Assembly: GCA_001275005.1 (NCBI GenBank) | Contig: JWZX01002735.1 | Coordinates: forward strand, 1 to 44,836 | Length of the DNA stretch: 44,836 nt | Direction: 5' to 3' | DNA from: Chrysochromulina tobinii | Taxonomy: Eukaryota | In this document: piece by piece, positions 18,111 to 28,500 of the stretch | Layout of the letters: the number at the start of each line of letters is the position of its first letter | How positions within the stretch are numbered: position 1 is the stretch's first letter | Notes under the pieces: model-generated | Seen by the model: the letters and a program-made list of their open reading frames with translations, nothing else | Databases searched by the model: none | Told to the model about the DNA's origin: nothing | Translations under genes and position numbers: made by a program

Positions 18111-19382
18111 TTACGGCCGCTCGATCGATTCGGCAAGGTCGAAACCCTGTAACGCGGCGCCGAGGCGACCAGGCGAGACAGACTCATCGACGGACACCAT
18201 CGACGCGCCCCCCATCGACGTTTCGAGCGGCGAGAGACGCGCGCGGTGGTGGCCCGGCGGACGGGAGAGGTGCGCGGGCGATGCGGCGCCAATGAGCGCT
18301 GGCCCGGAGTGCGCGGCTGCTCCAGAAGAGAGGTCTACTCCAGCGTCGTCCTCGTCCTCGTCCTCGTCATCGTCTTCAAAGGACTCCTCGGCGATGTCAT
18401 CCTCGACCTGGTCGTACTCGTCGTCGTCCTCTTCGTCCTCGTCGTGGGAAGTGGGCACGGCCATGCGCTGGCTGCTCTGCCAAACGGTAGCGCCGGCCGC
18501 AATGCCGACGCTTCCGAGGGCCGAACTCGAGGGCGGCAGAGCCGGCGTGTGGTGACGCGACAGCGGCGCCAGCTGCGCCCCGCCTGTGCTCGCGCCACCT
18601 GGGCGCAGGGGCGCCCCGGAGCTGCCGAGGCTTGCGAGCTTGCTCTCGAGCGCCTCGAGGCGCCTCTCCTCAAGATGCTCGTCGGCGATCATCGCGGCCG
18701 GCGATGGCGACGACGCACCCGTCACACCGAGCGGGGGCAACGAGGCGCGGCTGCTGAGCGGTGGCAGGTGCGCGCCCATGCCCTGGGAGGGCAGCGGCGA
18801 CAAGGGCGAGGGAGGCGTGAGCGGGCCGCTGCCGCCGCGAGACGGCTCCGGCTTGGACGTGATGTTGATGGTGAGCGGCTTGGACGGATCCTTAACAACA
18901 GCACGCGCCAATGAGGCGGCCGCTGGCTCTCCAGCGGCATCACCAGCCGGCGGCCGCGCGCCTGTGGGTTGCGGTAAGTCGGCCGTGAGCGCCGCACGCA
19001 CGAGCTGCACGAGCAGTGGCTCGCCCGTGCCTGCGTCCAAGCTGAGCGCTCCTGCGAGTGCACCGCGGTCCAGTGACGTCTCATTGAGGTCCGCCTCGGG
19101 CACGAGGACAGAGTACGAGTAGTCCAGCTGGCAGTGTTGGAGCAAGTCGAGCACGAGCTGCGCGGCGACGCGACCGGCGCTGTCTTGGTGGAGCAGTGCC
19201 GGACGCGCCATGCCGCCATGCGGCTCGCTCTGCTGCTGCTCGTGAATGGCCGAGAAGACGCTGGCGCGCAGCTCGGCACGGATTTTACCGAGGACGCCAC
19301 GCGCCTCGAGGGCCGTCGTGACGATCGACGTCAGGTTAGAGAGCGAGTCTGCCTCGGCGTCGGCGGTTGTCGAAACCATCAT
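18111..19382 (-). CDS. FGFR1OP: FOP/FGFR1OP (CEP43)-like centrosomal/basal-body protein
   Basis: N-terminal LEARGVLGKIRAELRASVFSAI and LisH-like LVLDLLQHCQLDYSYSVLVPEA...EPLLVQLV (FOP dimerisation domain). The C-terminal SVDESVS...FDLAESIE is typical of the family. Confidence 0.82.
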   Translation of the reverse strand: MMVSTTADAEADSLSNLTSIVTTALEARGVLGKIRAELRASVFSAIHEQQQSEPHGGMARPALLHQDSAGRVAAQLVLDLLQHCQLDYSYSVLVPEADLNETSLDRGALAGALSLDAGTGEPLLVQLVRAALTADLPQPTGARPPAGDAAGEPAAASLARAVVKDPSKPLTINITSKPEPSRGGSGPLTPPSPLSPLPSQGMGAHLPPLSSRASLPPLGVTGASSPSPAAMIADEHLEERRLEALESKLASLGSSGAPLRPGGASTGGAQLAPLSRHHTPALPPSSSALGSVGIAAGATVWQSSQRMAVPTSHDEDEEDDDEYDQVEDDIAEESFEDDDEDEDEDDAGVDLSSGAAAHSGPALIGAASPAHLSRPPGHHRARLSPLETSMGGASMVSVDESVSPGRLGAALQGFDLAESIERP

Positions 19383-19556
19383 GTCGCGCCGGTGGGAGGT
19401 ACCGCTCCGTCAGGAAAGCAAAAACCCGCCAAGGCGCGGAAAGCCGAAAACTCCCCTAGATTCTACAATTGTATGCACAAGTATGTGGTGAAACACCGAA
19501 CGCGGTGTTTTTCCTCTGACAAGCGGAGTATTGACATGTGCACAGTCCATTCACAC

Positions 19557-20303
19557 ATGTCCGTGCTTGCACTTCTCATGCTTGTGGCCCCTGGCAGGGC
19601 ATTGACCAACTGGCACGTCTCCAAGAGCCAGACGCATGACGCCCTGCTCTCGCTCGTGCGTGACGTGCTGGTCTTTGGCCCTCGCAGGCTTCCAGAGACG
19701 TGCGTCCATCTGGAGTCCGTGGTGAGGACGCTGCCCCACAGCTATGGGTTGCCGTCCTCGGCACCGGGAGGCCTGCTGACTCCCGATCTGGTTGCTGCCG
19801 ATCATTCGCGCGGTGAGCTCCTTATTGTTGAGGTCACCTGCGTGCCTGACGCGGCTCTTGGCCGCTATGCGAGACGCAAGGCCTCCAAGTACTACAGCCT
19901 TTGCAATCATGCTGCGCGTGCCTCGGGCTTGCGGGTCGGAGCGCCGCTGGTGGTCGCGCTTGGTACTGGGGGATGCGTACCAACCGCGACGCGCGACGCA
20001 TTCTGCCGACTTCTCGGGCTAGATGAGGCACACGACAGCGTGGCACGGCGTGCGCAAGAGTGTGTGGACGCCTATGTTGATGCCGGCGCGACCCTCGATG
20101 AGGGTGGTGAGCCGCCAACATCGCTGCAAACAGTGCTCACGAGAGCGATTGCGATCGCGAGGGGCCGCGTGGATGCGCCTCTGCGTAGCATCAGCCAGCG
20201 AGGCCATGAGCGAGGCACGCGAAGGGAACGATGGCAAGCTCGGAAACAGCCTCAGGCTCACGTGCTTCAAAGTAATGAGTCGGTTGATGAAGGACGGTTT
20301 TAA
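19557..20303 (+). CDS. Stand-alone restriction-like (PD-(D/E)xK) endonuclease of non-LTR retrotransposon type, with hydrophobic N-terminal leader
   Basis: THDALLSLV...LTPDLVAADHSRGELLIVEVT...RRKASKYYSL...PLVVALGTGGCV matches the RHN...RPD...E...KxxKY...GxxG pattern of RLE domains. The start is uncertain (19536 or 19557). Confidence 0.7.
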   Translation: MSVLALLMLVAPGRALTNWHVSKSQTHDALLSLVRDVLVFGPRRLPETCVHLESVVRTLPHSYGLPSSAPGGLLTPDLVAADHSRGELLIVEVTCVPDAALGRYARRKASKYYSLCNHAARASGLRVGAPLVVALGTGGCVPTATRDAFCRLLGLDEAHDSVARRAQECVDAYVDAGATLDEGGEPPTSLQTVLTRAIAIARGRVDAPLRSISQRGHERGTRRERWQARKQPQAHVLQSNESVDEGRF

Positions 20304-20362
20304 CAGTGTTTGTCCAGTGTTTGTCCAACAGTGTTTGTCCAGTCAAGACTTGACTTGACTTG
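20304..20362 (+). repeat. Short tandem repeats (CAGTGTTTGTC x3, then GACTT x3) right after the endonuclease stop
   Basis: CAGTGTTTGTC at 20304, 20315 and 20329; gacttgacttgactt at about 20347-20361. Confidence 0.8.
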
Positions 20363-20433
20363 TGTGCTTTTGAGACTCCGCCGTTTCCACGCACGAAGGC
20401 GAGCGCACATCCGCCGAATTTGGAGCAATAGAG

Positions 20434-22110
20434 ATGGCGAGCCTCGGCACCCGCGGCCCCTGGACGAAGCTCCAAGCGATCGGAAAGGGCTCTTTTGGTA
20501 CCGTCTACCTCGTGCAGCGCACCGGTGCCGGAAACCAGCAAAAGTATGTGATGAAGGAGGTCAATCTACGGGGGCTTCCCAAGGCAGAGATGCTCGCCGC
20601 GCAGAACGAGGTAGCCGCTCTCCAGAAGGTGAAGCACCCGCACGCAGTCGCGATCGCAGATGCGCTCGTTGTGGACGACACACTCTGCATTATCATGGAG
20701 TGGGCGCAAGGCAAGGATCTGGGCGCGCTCATCGCGCAGCGCAAGACGGAGAGACGGCCCTTTACCGAGGACGAAGTGCTCAAAATCTTTTGGCAACTCA
20801 CCTCCGTGTTGGCCCATTGCCACCACGAGCTGCACCTGCTCCACCGCGACCTGAAGCCGCAGAATGTCTTTCTCTCGGCCAATGGCGACGTCAAACTGGG
20901 CGACTTCGGGCTGGCCAAGGCGCTCGAGGCGACATGCGCGATCGCCAAGACGCAGTGCGGCACGCCGATCTACATGTCGCCCGAGCTGTGCCTGGGCCAA
21001 GATTACAACCGCGCCGCCGACGTCTGGGCGCTCGGATGCATCCTGTACGAGCTGATGACGCTCACCATGCCGTGGGCCGATTGCCGCGTACAGGGGCCGG
21101 GTGGTATGTCGGCGCTGCTCAAGAAGATTGCGAGCTCGTCGCTCGACCTCACGCAGTGCAAGAAGCAATACTCAGCCGAGCTGTGCGGGCTGCTCTCGGC
21201 GCTGCTGCACAAGAAGGGCGAGAACCGTCCGGCGCTCGATCAGGTGCTGCAGCTGCCCTTCATCGCCAGGGCGGCCACTCCCAGAACGGCGCCCAGAACG
21301 GCGCCCCTGCCGCCAGCCGGAGCCGAGCAATCGCTCCCGCCCTCGTGGCAAAAGGTGCCCTCAAAGTCGCGCCCGGGCCAGTTCTCGTACGTGCACGTGC
21401 CCACCGGGTACAAGCAGGCCTTCTTTCCCGAGCGCGACGAGCTGCCTGAGGAGGTGATCGCAATGCTCAAGAAGCAGACATTCACGCCTGGCAAGCCGCC
21501 GCCGCCAACCGCACTGGCACCACCGCCTCGGGCGTCTCCGATGGGCGTCGCGGCGTCGCCCCGCGCGGCGCCTACCCCGCCGCCGCCGCCGCCACTCTTC
21601 AACATGGCCGCCCAGTCTCCGCAGCTGCCCACACCGCAGGGCGCCCGGCCCACACCACGCGCGGCACCAGCACCGCCGGGGGTGGAGCGTCCCCTCCCCC
21701 CCTCGTGGCGCAAGGTCCCCTCGGCGTCCCGGCCGGGCGCCTTCTCTTACTTGCATGTACCCACCGGGTACAAGCAGCAAGAGGTGCCGCTGACCGACAC
21801 GCCCGACCCCAAGATGCTCGAAGCGTGGAAGAAGGCCAAGGCGGCGGCCACAGGCAACCGACCGGTCGCCACCGCTGCCCTACAGCCGGGCGCGAGTCCC
21901 CAACCATACTGGAGCCCCAAAATGGGAGCCAACAAGCTCGAGCCGGTGCCCGAGAGCCGCGCGCTTCGCCCGACGGGGCAGGCCAACGGGCCCAATCAGA
22001 CCCCGCCCGGTGCAGCGAAGAACCCGTTCGATTTCAAAAGCCCGCAGCACCAGCAGCACCAGCACCAGCAGCACCAGCAGCAGCCGGTGGGCCAGCGGCC
22101 ACGCTTTTGA
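20434..22110 (+). CDS. NIMA-related (NEK) Ser/Thr kinase with two WW-like domains
   Basis: Kinase motifs IGKGSFG, YVMKEV, HRDLKPQNVF, DFGLAK, CGTPIYMSPELC and DVWALGC. Two WW-like repeats LPPSWxKVPSxSRPGxFSYxHVPTGYKQ lie in a Pro-rich tail. Confidence 0.93.
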   Translation: MASLGTRGPWTKLQAIGKGSFGTVYLVQRTGAGNQQKYVMKEVNLRGLPKAEMLAAQNEVAALQKVKHPHAVAIADALVVDDTLCIIMEWAQGKDLGALIAQRKTERRPFTEDEVLKIFWQLTSVLAHCHHELHLLHRDLKPQNVFLSANGDVKLGDFGLAKALEATCAIAKTQCGTPIYMSPELCLGQDYNRAADVWALGCILYELMTLTMPWADCRVQGPGGMSALLKKIASSSLDLTQCKKQYSAELCGLLSALLHKKGENRPALDQVLQLPFIARAATPRTAPRTAPLPPAGAEQSLPPSWQKVPSKSRPGQFSYVHVPTGYKQAFFPERDELPEEVIAMLKKQTFTPGKPPPPTALAPPPRASPMGVAASPRAAPTPPPPPPLFNMAAQSPQLPTPQGARPTPRAAPAPPGVERPLPPSWRKVPSASRPGAFSYLHVPTGYKQQEVPLTDTPDPKMLEAWKKAKAAATGNRPVATAALQPGASPQPYWSPKMGANKLEPVPESRALRPTGQANGPNQTPPGAAKNPFDFKSPQHQQHQHQQHQQQPVGQRPRF

Positions 22111-22545
22111 GATAAGGGAGGGAGGCCAAAGCGCCCCTCACTCTTCTGCTCAAGACGTGGAGCCGTGGAGGGCTTGGAGGCAGCGCGGCACAATGACAGT
22201 GACCTAGCCACTTCGCAGCGTGCGAGTGAACGATCGCCGTTGGTGCGGCTAGAAGTGTTCTTCCTATAAGTGTTGTACTTGTGAAAGTGTGGGTCAACTG
22301 TGGCGGAACGTTGTAAACGCGATCGCGAGAGTGACGTGTGCTGGTCCTGCTGGAACACCTCGGAGCTCGGAGCTTTTGATTCTTTGAGAACGACTGAATT
22401 TCATCGACAACCCGAAACAAGTCAAGTCATGAAACAACCGGGGGTGGCGATCTAAGCTTTCACGCCGCCCTTCACGCGAAACCCGTTCGGCACGGCGCCT
22501 ACCTGCCGGACGATACGAAAAAGCCGCGAGTGGACTGGCGCACAC

Positions 22546-25500
22546 ATGGCTGGGCCGTCGCCTACAGCGCAGAGGCCATCACCGCTTCTCCGGGGCCGTT
22601 CCTCACCGAATTTCCTCAGCAGCCCACGCGATGGTTCAGAGTACATCGACCGTCGCTTCATCAAGCGCAATGCCCGCGGCTCGCAGGAGGCTCATTCAGC
22701 CAAGCCGCAGCTATGGAACTTTCACGGGACAGAGGTCGACCTAGCGCCGGAGCAACAGTACATCTATGGCCGGCAGCTCTGGTACCTCCGTAGTCGTGCC
22801 TTTGAGAATATACAATTGGGCAGACCAATAGCAGGTATGCCCATGAATGCAGCAGCACGCTCATCAGGCATCAAGACCCTCGAGCGCGCGCCAGAGGACC
22901 TGGACCATCTGGAGGGTCTCGAGGGCCTCGACAAGGTCCCGCCGTGCTCTGCGGTCATCGGACCCAGCGGTCGCGTCTACTCGTCGAGGACCTTTGGATT
23001 CCTCGAAGTCGGCCGCGCGCCGCGGCCCTGGGCCATCAAGCTCGTCGAGTGGGCTCCGTTTGATGCCTTCATCCTGGTCACGATCTTGGCGAACTGCGCC
23101 ACCATGGCTTGGAACTCGCCACTCGACCCGCCGGGCACTCCGAAAGCCCAGTTCATTGATGTGTGCGAGTGGGTTTATCTATACATCTTCACCTTCGAGA
23201 TGCTCGCCAAGATCTGCGCGTACGGCTTCGTCGGCCACGACCAGGCCTACCTGCGCGACGCGTGGTGCCAACTCGACTTTGTAGTGGTGAGCCTCGCGTG
23301 GCTTCCAATCCTCTTCCCCTCGTTTGGGAACTACTCGGTGGTGCGCTCGGTGCGCGCGCTGAGGCCGCTGCGCGCGCTCAAGCGGCTGCCGGGCATGCCC
23401 GTCCTCGTCAACTCGATCCTGGCGGCACTGCCCAAGCTCGGCGACGTCACAATGCTCCTCGGGCTGCTCTTCGCCGTCTTCGGCATCTTAGGCATCGAGC
23501 AGTTCAAGGGCGAGCTACACTATCGGTGCGCGCTGCTCGGCTTCAACGAGACGCCTGGCCACCCAGAGCTGCGCGAGATGCTTCCGCTGCCCGATGGGCC
23601 GAGGCTCGTGCCGCGGCTGTACGACGGGCAGGCGGCGCAGGCGCGACGCCAGCTGGAGGCCATCGGGCGGCTGCTCAAGGGAAACCAAGCTGATGCGAGC
23701 GCGAGCGAGGAGAGCATCAGCCCTCAGCAGCAGTCGGACTTTGACACGGGCGTCTTTTGCGATCCCCACGAGCCAAAGACTAAATGCCCTGCCGGCGAAA
23801 CGTGCCGCTACTTTGATGACAACGTCAACTACGGCGCCACCAACTTTGACAACTTTGGGTGGGCGAGCGTACAAATCTTCCAGACGATCAGCTTCGATGG
23901 CTGGACGTCCGCCATGTACGCGGTGCTCAATGCGACGGGCCAGCCGCTCGTGCTTGTGTACTTTGTGCTCCTCATCGTGCTCGGGGGCTTCTTCATCGTC
24001 AACCTCTTCCTCGCAGTCCTCTTCCAAGAGTTCACCGAGGCGCAGGCTCGAGAGAAGGCGATCGCCGAGCAGGCCGCGCGTGCAGCAGCCGCTCGCCAGG
24101 CGCGACGTGCGCAGCGCAATGGGTCAGCGCGAGGCGCCTCACCGCCCCCCTCGCCGCCGCATTTCGAGCAACAGAAGCGAATCCCGTTTCCCGACCCCGA
24201 CAACCTGCTGGAGCGGGAAAGGCACAAGTTGGAGACGTTCAAGGCTGAGGCCGAGGGCGAAACCAGGGCCGCACTGATCTCAGGAGCGCAACGATACGTA
24301 AGCGATGCGTCGCTCGTGGTGCGAGTGGAGGCGGAAGACGATGAAGATGAAGCTCCGTCAAGGCATGTGTACATGGCGTTGAGTCCGTCGGCGAGCCCTG
24401 TGCAGGCGCGCATGGAGGCTGGCAAGGCGACGGTAGCGCCTGTGCAGGCGCGCATGGAGGCTGGCAAGGCGGCGGTGCCCAACGACGACAATGACGACGA
24501 CGACGACGACGACGACGAGCGCACCGATGACGGTTCCTGTGTGAAGTTGTGCAACTGCGCGCCTGCGCCGCGCTCTGGGCGTGCGTCGCTCGCCGAGATG
24601 ATGAACGGGCCGCTCGTGAGCAACGCGTCGACGGGTTTGGTGGTGCTCAATATGGCGCTAATGTGCATGCCGTACGAGGGAATGAGCGACGCGTATGCTG
24701 CGCAGCTCGAGAGTTGCGCCGAGTTTATCAGTTGGATCTTCATCATCGAGATGGGCCTCAAGCTGTTTGGGATGGGATGCCGTGCCTATTGGAGCGACGG
24801 GTGGAACCAGCTCGACGGCACCATCGTGATCATGTCCATCGTTGAGATGGCGCTCACGGCGCTCTTTGCCGACTCGGGAACGAACCTGTCGTTCCTGCGG
24901 ATCTTGCGGATGCTGCGCGTGGCACGTATGCTGCGTCTCATGCGCTCGTGGAAGGGGCTGTACAAGATCATCAGTACGGTCGTTAGCGCGGTCCCGCAGA
25001 TGTCGAACGTGCTCATCCTCATGCTCCTCATCTGCACCATCTTCGCGCTGCTCGGCATGCAGCTCTTCGGTGGCCAATTCTCGGAGGAGCACGGCTACGG
25101 CGACTCGCCGCTACTGCCCCTTGCCGCGCTATAACTTCGACTATTTTGGACCCGCACTCCTCTCCGTCTTCGTCCTCATCACCGGCGGCTGGTTCACCCC
25201 CATGCTCGACGGTCTCAATGTCGGAGGTCCCTCCGCCTCCATCTACTACATCACGGTCACGTGCATCGGCACGTACATCCTGATCAACCTGCTGATCGCC
25301 GTGCTGCTCGAGCTCTTCGCGGAGGACTCGGACGCTGATGGGGAGGCCGACGCCTTCCAAGCCGACAAAGGTCCCAAAGCGGCAGAGGCTGCCCCCGCCC
25401 CAGCTCCCCCCGCGCAGCTCACTGAGGAGGGCTTCGACGCCTCCGACGCGCCGACTGAGGAGAAGGATGACATGGCCCTCGGGTGCCTTCCGCCGAGCGA

Positions 25501-28500
25501 TCCGCTGCGGCGGGCGGCGCATTACATTATCGAGTTGCCGTCGGTGGACGCGCTGCTGATGACGAGCGTCATTCTTTCTTCGGCGTCTCTCGCATTCGAC
25601 ACGCCGCGGCTCGACGAGTCCACACTGCTCGCCGAGGTGCTCGCCGTCACAAATGTGCTGTTCACGCTTCTCTTCCTGCTCGAGGCGATCCTCAAGTCGA
25701 TAGCGTATGGCTTCTACGGCTACCTGCGTGACGGGTGGAACGTGCTCGACTTTTCACTGCTCCTCATCTCGATTGGCGCGCTGCTCTCCGAGGTGGTGCC
25801 CGCGATCGCCTTTCTGAAGTCGCTGCGCGCGCTTCGGGTGCTCCGGCCGCTTCGGCTGCTCTCGCGCAATGCAGGCATGCGGATGGTGCTCGTCTCGCTC
25901 TTCGAGTCTCTACCGGCCGTCATCAACGTTCTCGGGGTCCTGTTTGCCATGCAGCTCGTCTTTGCCATCCTGGGCATGCAACTGTTCATGGGCACCTTTG
26001 GCTCGTGTAACGACCCTTCGCGCCAGCTACCATCAGAGTGCGTCGGCGTGGCTGTGAGAGCCCCGAGCGCACCTCCCGGCCAAAACCACCACGCGCATAG
26101 CCACGGACATGGCCAAACGCTTTCGCCGCCACCGCCGACCTTGCCCTTTGCGTCTGTCTCGCTTCACTCGCCGCTCCACTCGCCGCTCCACTCGCTGCCG
26201 CCCGAGCCCCACGTAGCCCATCTGTCGCACTCGCCACCGACGCCGATGCTGTTGCCGACGCCGTCGCCGCCACCGCTGCAGCTGCCACTGCCGCCACCGC
26301 TGCAGCTGCCACTGCCGTCGCCACCGCCGTCGCCACCGCCGTCGCCGTCCACCTCGCCGCCGCCGCCCGCCGCCTCGCTCGAAGCCGCGCTGGCCGCGCG
26401 ACCGAGCTTTGCGGCCGAGTTGAAGACGCTGCACTCGACTGAAGAGCTGCAGGCCTACCTGCATACGTTGCAACAGGAGCGCCCGTGGGACCTCGAGCTG
26501 ATCCACGCGCATCCGGAGCAGTTGCTTGCCGCAATTGGCCGGCGACTGCAGACGACGGTGCCTGCGGAGGAGTTGGCTACGAGTCGGCGCCGCGAGCTCA
26601 GGGGCGGTGGCGGCGGCGAAGATGGCGAGGCCTTCGTAGGAGAGCGCCTCTGGCAGAACCCGTCGTTTGGCTCGTTCGACAACTTTGGCGACGCGATGCT
26701 CTTGCTCTTCGTGCTCTCGACAGGCGATGATTGGGACTCCGTCATGTTTTGGAGCATGGACTCGCCCTCGGTGCCTGGCGGGCCGCGCGAACGCAACGAC
26801 ATGTCGGCGTCTTCCATTTTCTTCATCGCGTGGATGTTCATCGGCTCCTTCTTCGCGATGCAGCTCTTTGTTGGCGTAGTCGTTGCCCAGTTCAACAAGA
26901 TCAAAGCCAAAAAGGACGGTTCGGCCACCATGACCGAGGACCAGCGCCTGTGGGTCGAGACGATGAGGTCGATGGGTGGCGTCAAGGGCAAGGGCAAGCC
27001 ACGCAAGCCGAAGACGACCGGCTGCGTCGGCCTCGTCGACGAGCTGCTTTACCGCTCGATCACGTCGCCGCACTACCCGGCGGTCGTCACGATCATCGTG
27101 CTGATCAACGTGATGCTGCTCGCGTGCGACTACTGGGGCTTCGAGTCGGAGCCGCCGCACCCGACGCGGGAGCAGACCGACTCGTACGTGTACGAGATAG
27201 TGCTCGAGGCTTATACGGTGCTCTTCTATCTCGAGGCGCTCGGGAAGCTGCGCGCCTACGGCTCCCTTTTCTACTTTCGTGACGAGTGGTGCCGCTTCGA
27301 GTTGCAGCTTGTGGGGCTCTCCGTGGTCGATCAGTCGCAAGCTCTCTACTTGATCTCGGAACGCGTGGTCCCGCTGCCGCCTATGCTGCTGCGCGTGCCG
27401 CGGGCGCTCTATGCGCTGCGCGCGCTGCGGCTTATGCAGCACATACACGGCGTCCAGTCGCTCGTGACGACGTCGGTGCTCTCTCTGCCGTCGCTCTCAA
27501 ACGTGTGCTCGATCCTTGCACTTTTGGTCTTCATTTTCACGGTGCTTGGCATGCAGCAGTTCACGTACCTGCGACGCGGCGAGCACATCACGGACGATCG
27601 CAACTACGAGACCTTTGGCAACTCGCTCCTCGTCAGCCTGCAGTGCCTCACGAGCGACGGCTGGTCGTCCATCATGTTCGAGGCGCGGAGCGACCCCGAG
27701 CACGGCTCTTGGAGGGCCGTGCCCTTCTTCCTCGGCTTCCAAGTGCTCGTAACCGTCATCCTCAATCTGGTGGTGGCCGTGATCCTCGAGAACTTTACGA
27801 GCCTGGGCGGCGCCAACGATGAGCTGATCGACAGCAAAGCAATTGAGCTCTTCTCGGAAACGTGGGCCGACTTCGACCCCGACGCCAACCAGACGATCCC
27901 AGCCCACCTGCTGCCCGACCTTCTCAAGGCCATCCCACAGCCGGTCGGGCTGCAGGGTGCACCGCGCACTTGGGTGGTTGGCGTGTGCATGAACCTCGGC
28001 CTCCAGGCCGATGAGAACGGCGAGCTCCACTTTCCCGCCGTGCTTCGCGCGCTCGTCAAGTTCAACTACATGATGCATATGGAGGAGGGGCTCGGGCCCG
28101 CAGCGAAGCACCCCAAGCATCGCAAAGTCGAGTTCGGCAAAGAACCGTCGGCCGAAGTCACCCCAAGAACCGGAGTTCCGCCGTCCAAGAACAGCAGGCA
28201 GTCGCTGCTCTGGAATGAGGGCCACGCGCCCACGGTCGAGCAGCGCGCGACGGCGCGCACCTTCGCGCTCGAGCTCCTCCGCCTCACGAGTGGCACGCAC
28301 CAGTTCCGTCAACGAGCGCGAGCGCGCGTGTTAGCGAGAGCGCGGGACGTCAAGGAGGGGGTCAAGAAGGAGGGGCAAGGCGGCGCCATTGGCGCGCACG
28401 GCGCGAGGCTCGTCGCGTTCGGGGTCGACGCGGAAGGGGGCGGCCTTGGGAACGCGACTCTAGCCAAAGCGTCTAGCCAAGGCCCCGAGGGTGCAGCGCA

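Noticed and set aside
22546..25134. Treating the first channel ORF as an independent two-domain (TPC-like) channel
   Set aside because: It ends after DII S5 without pore or S6, and the continuation lies immediately in the +1 frame.
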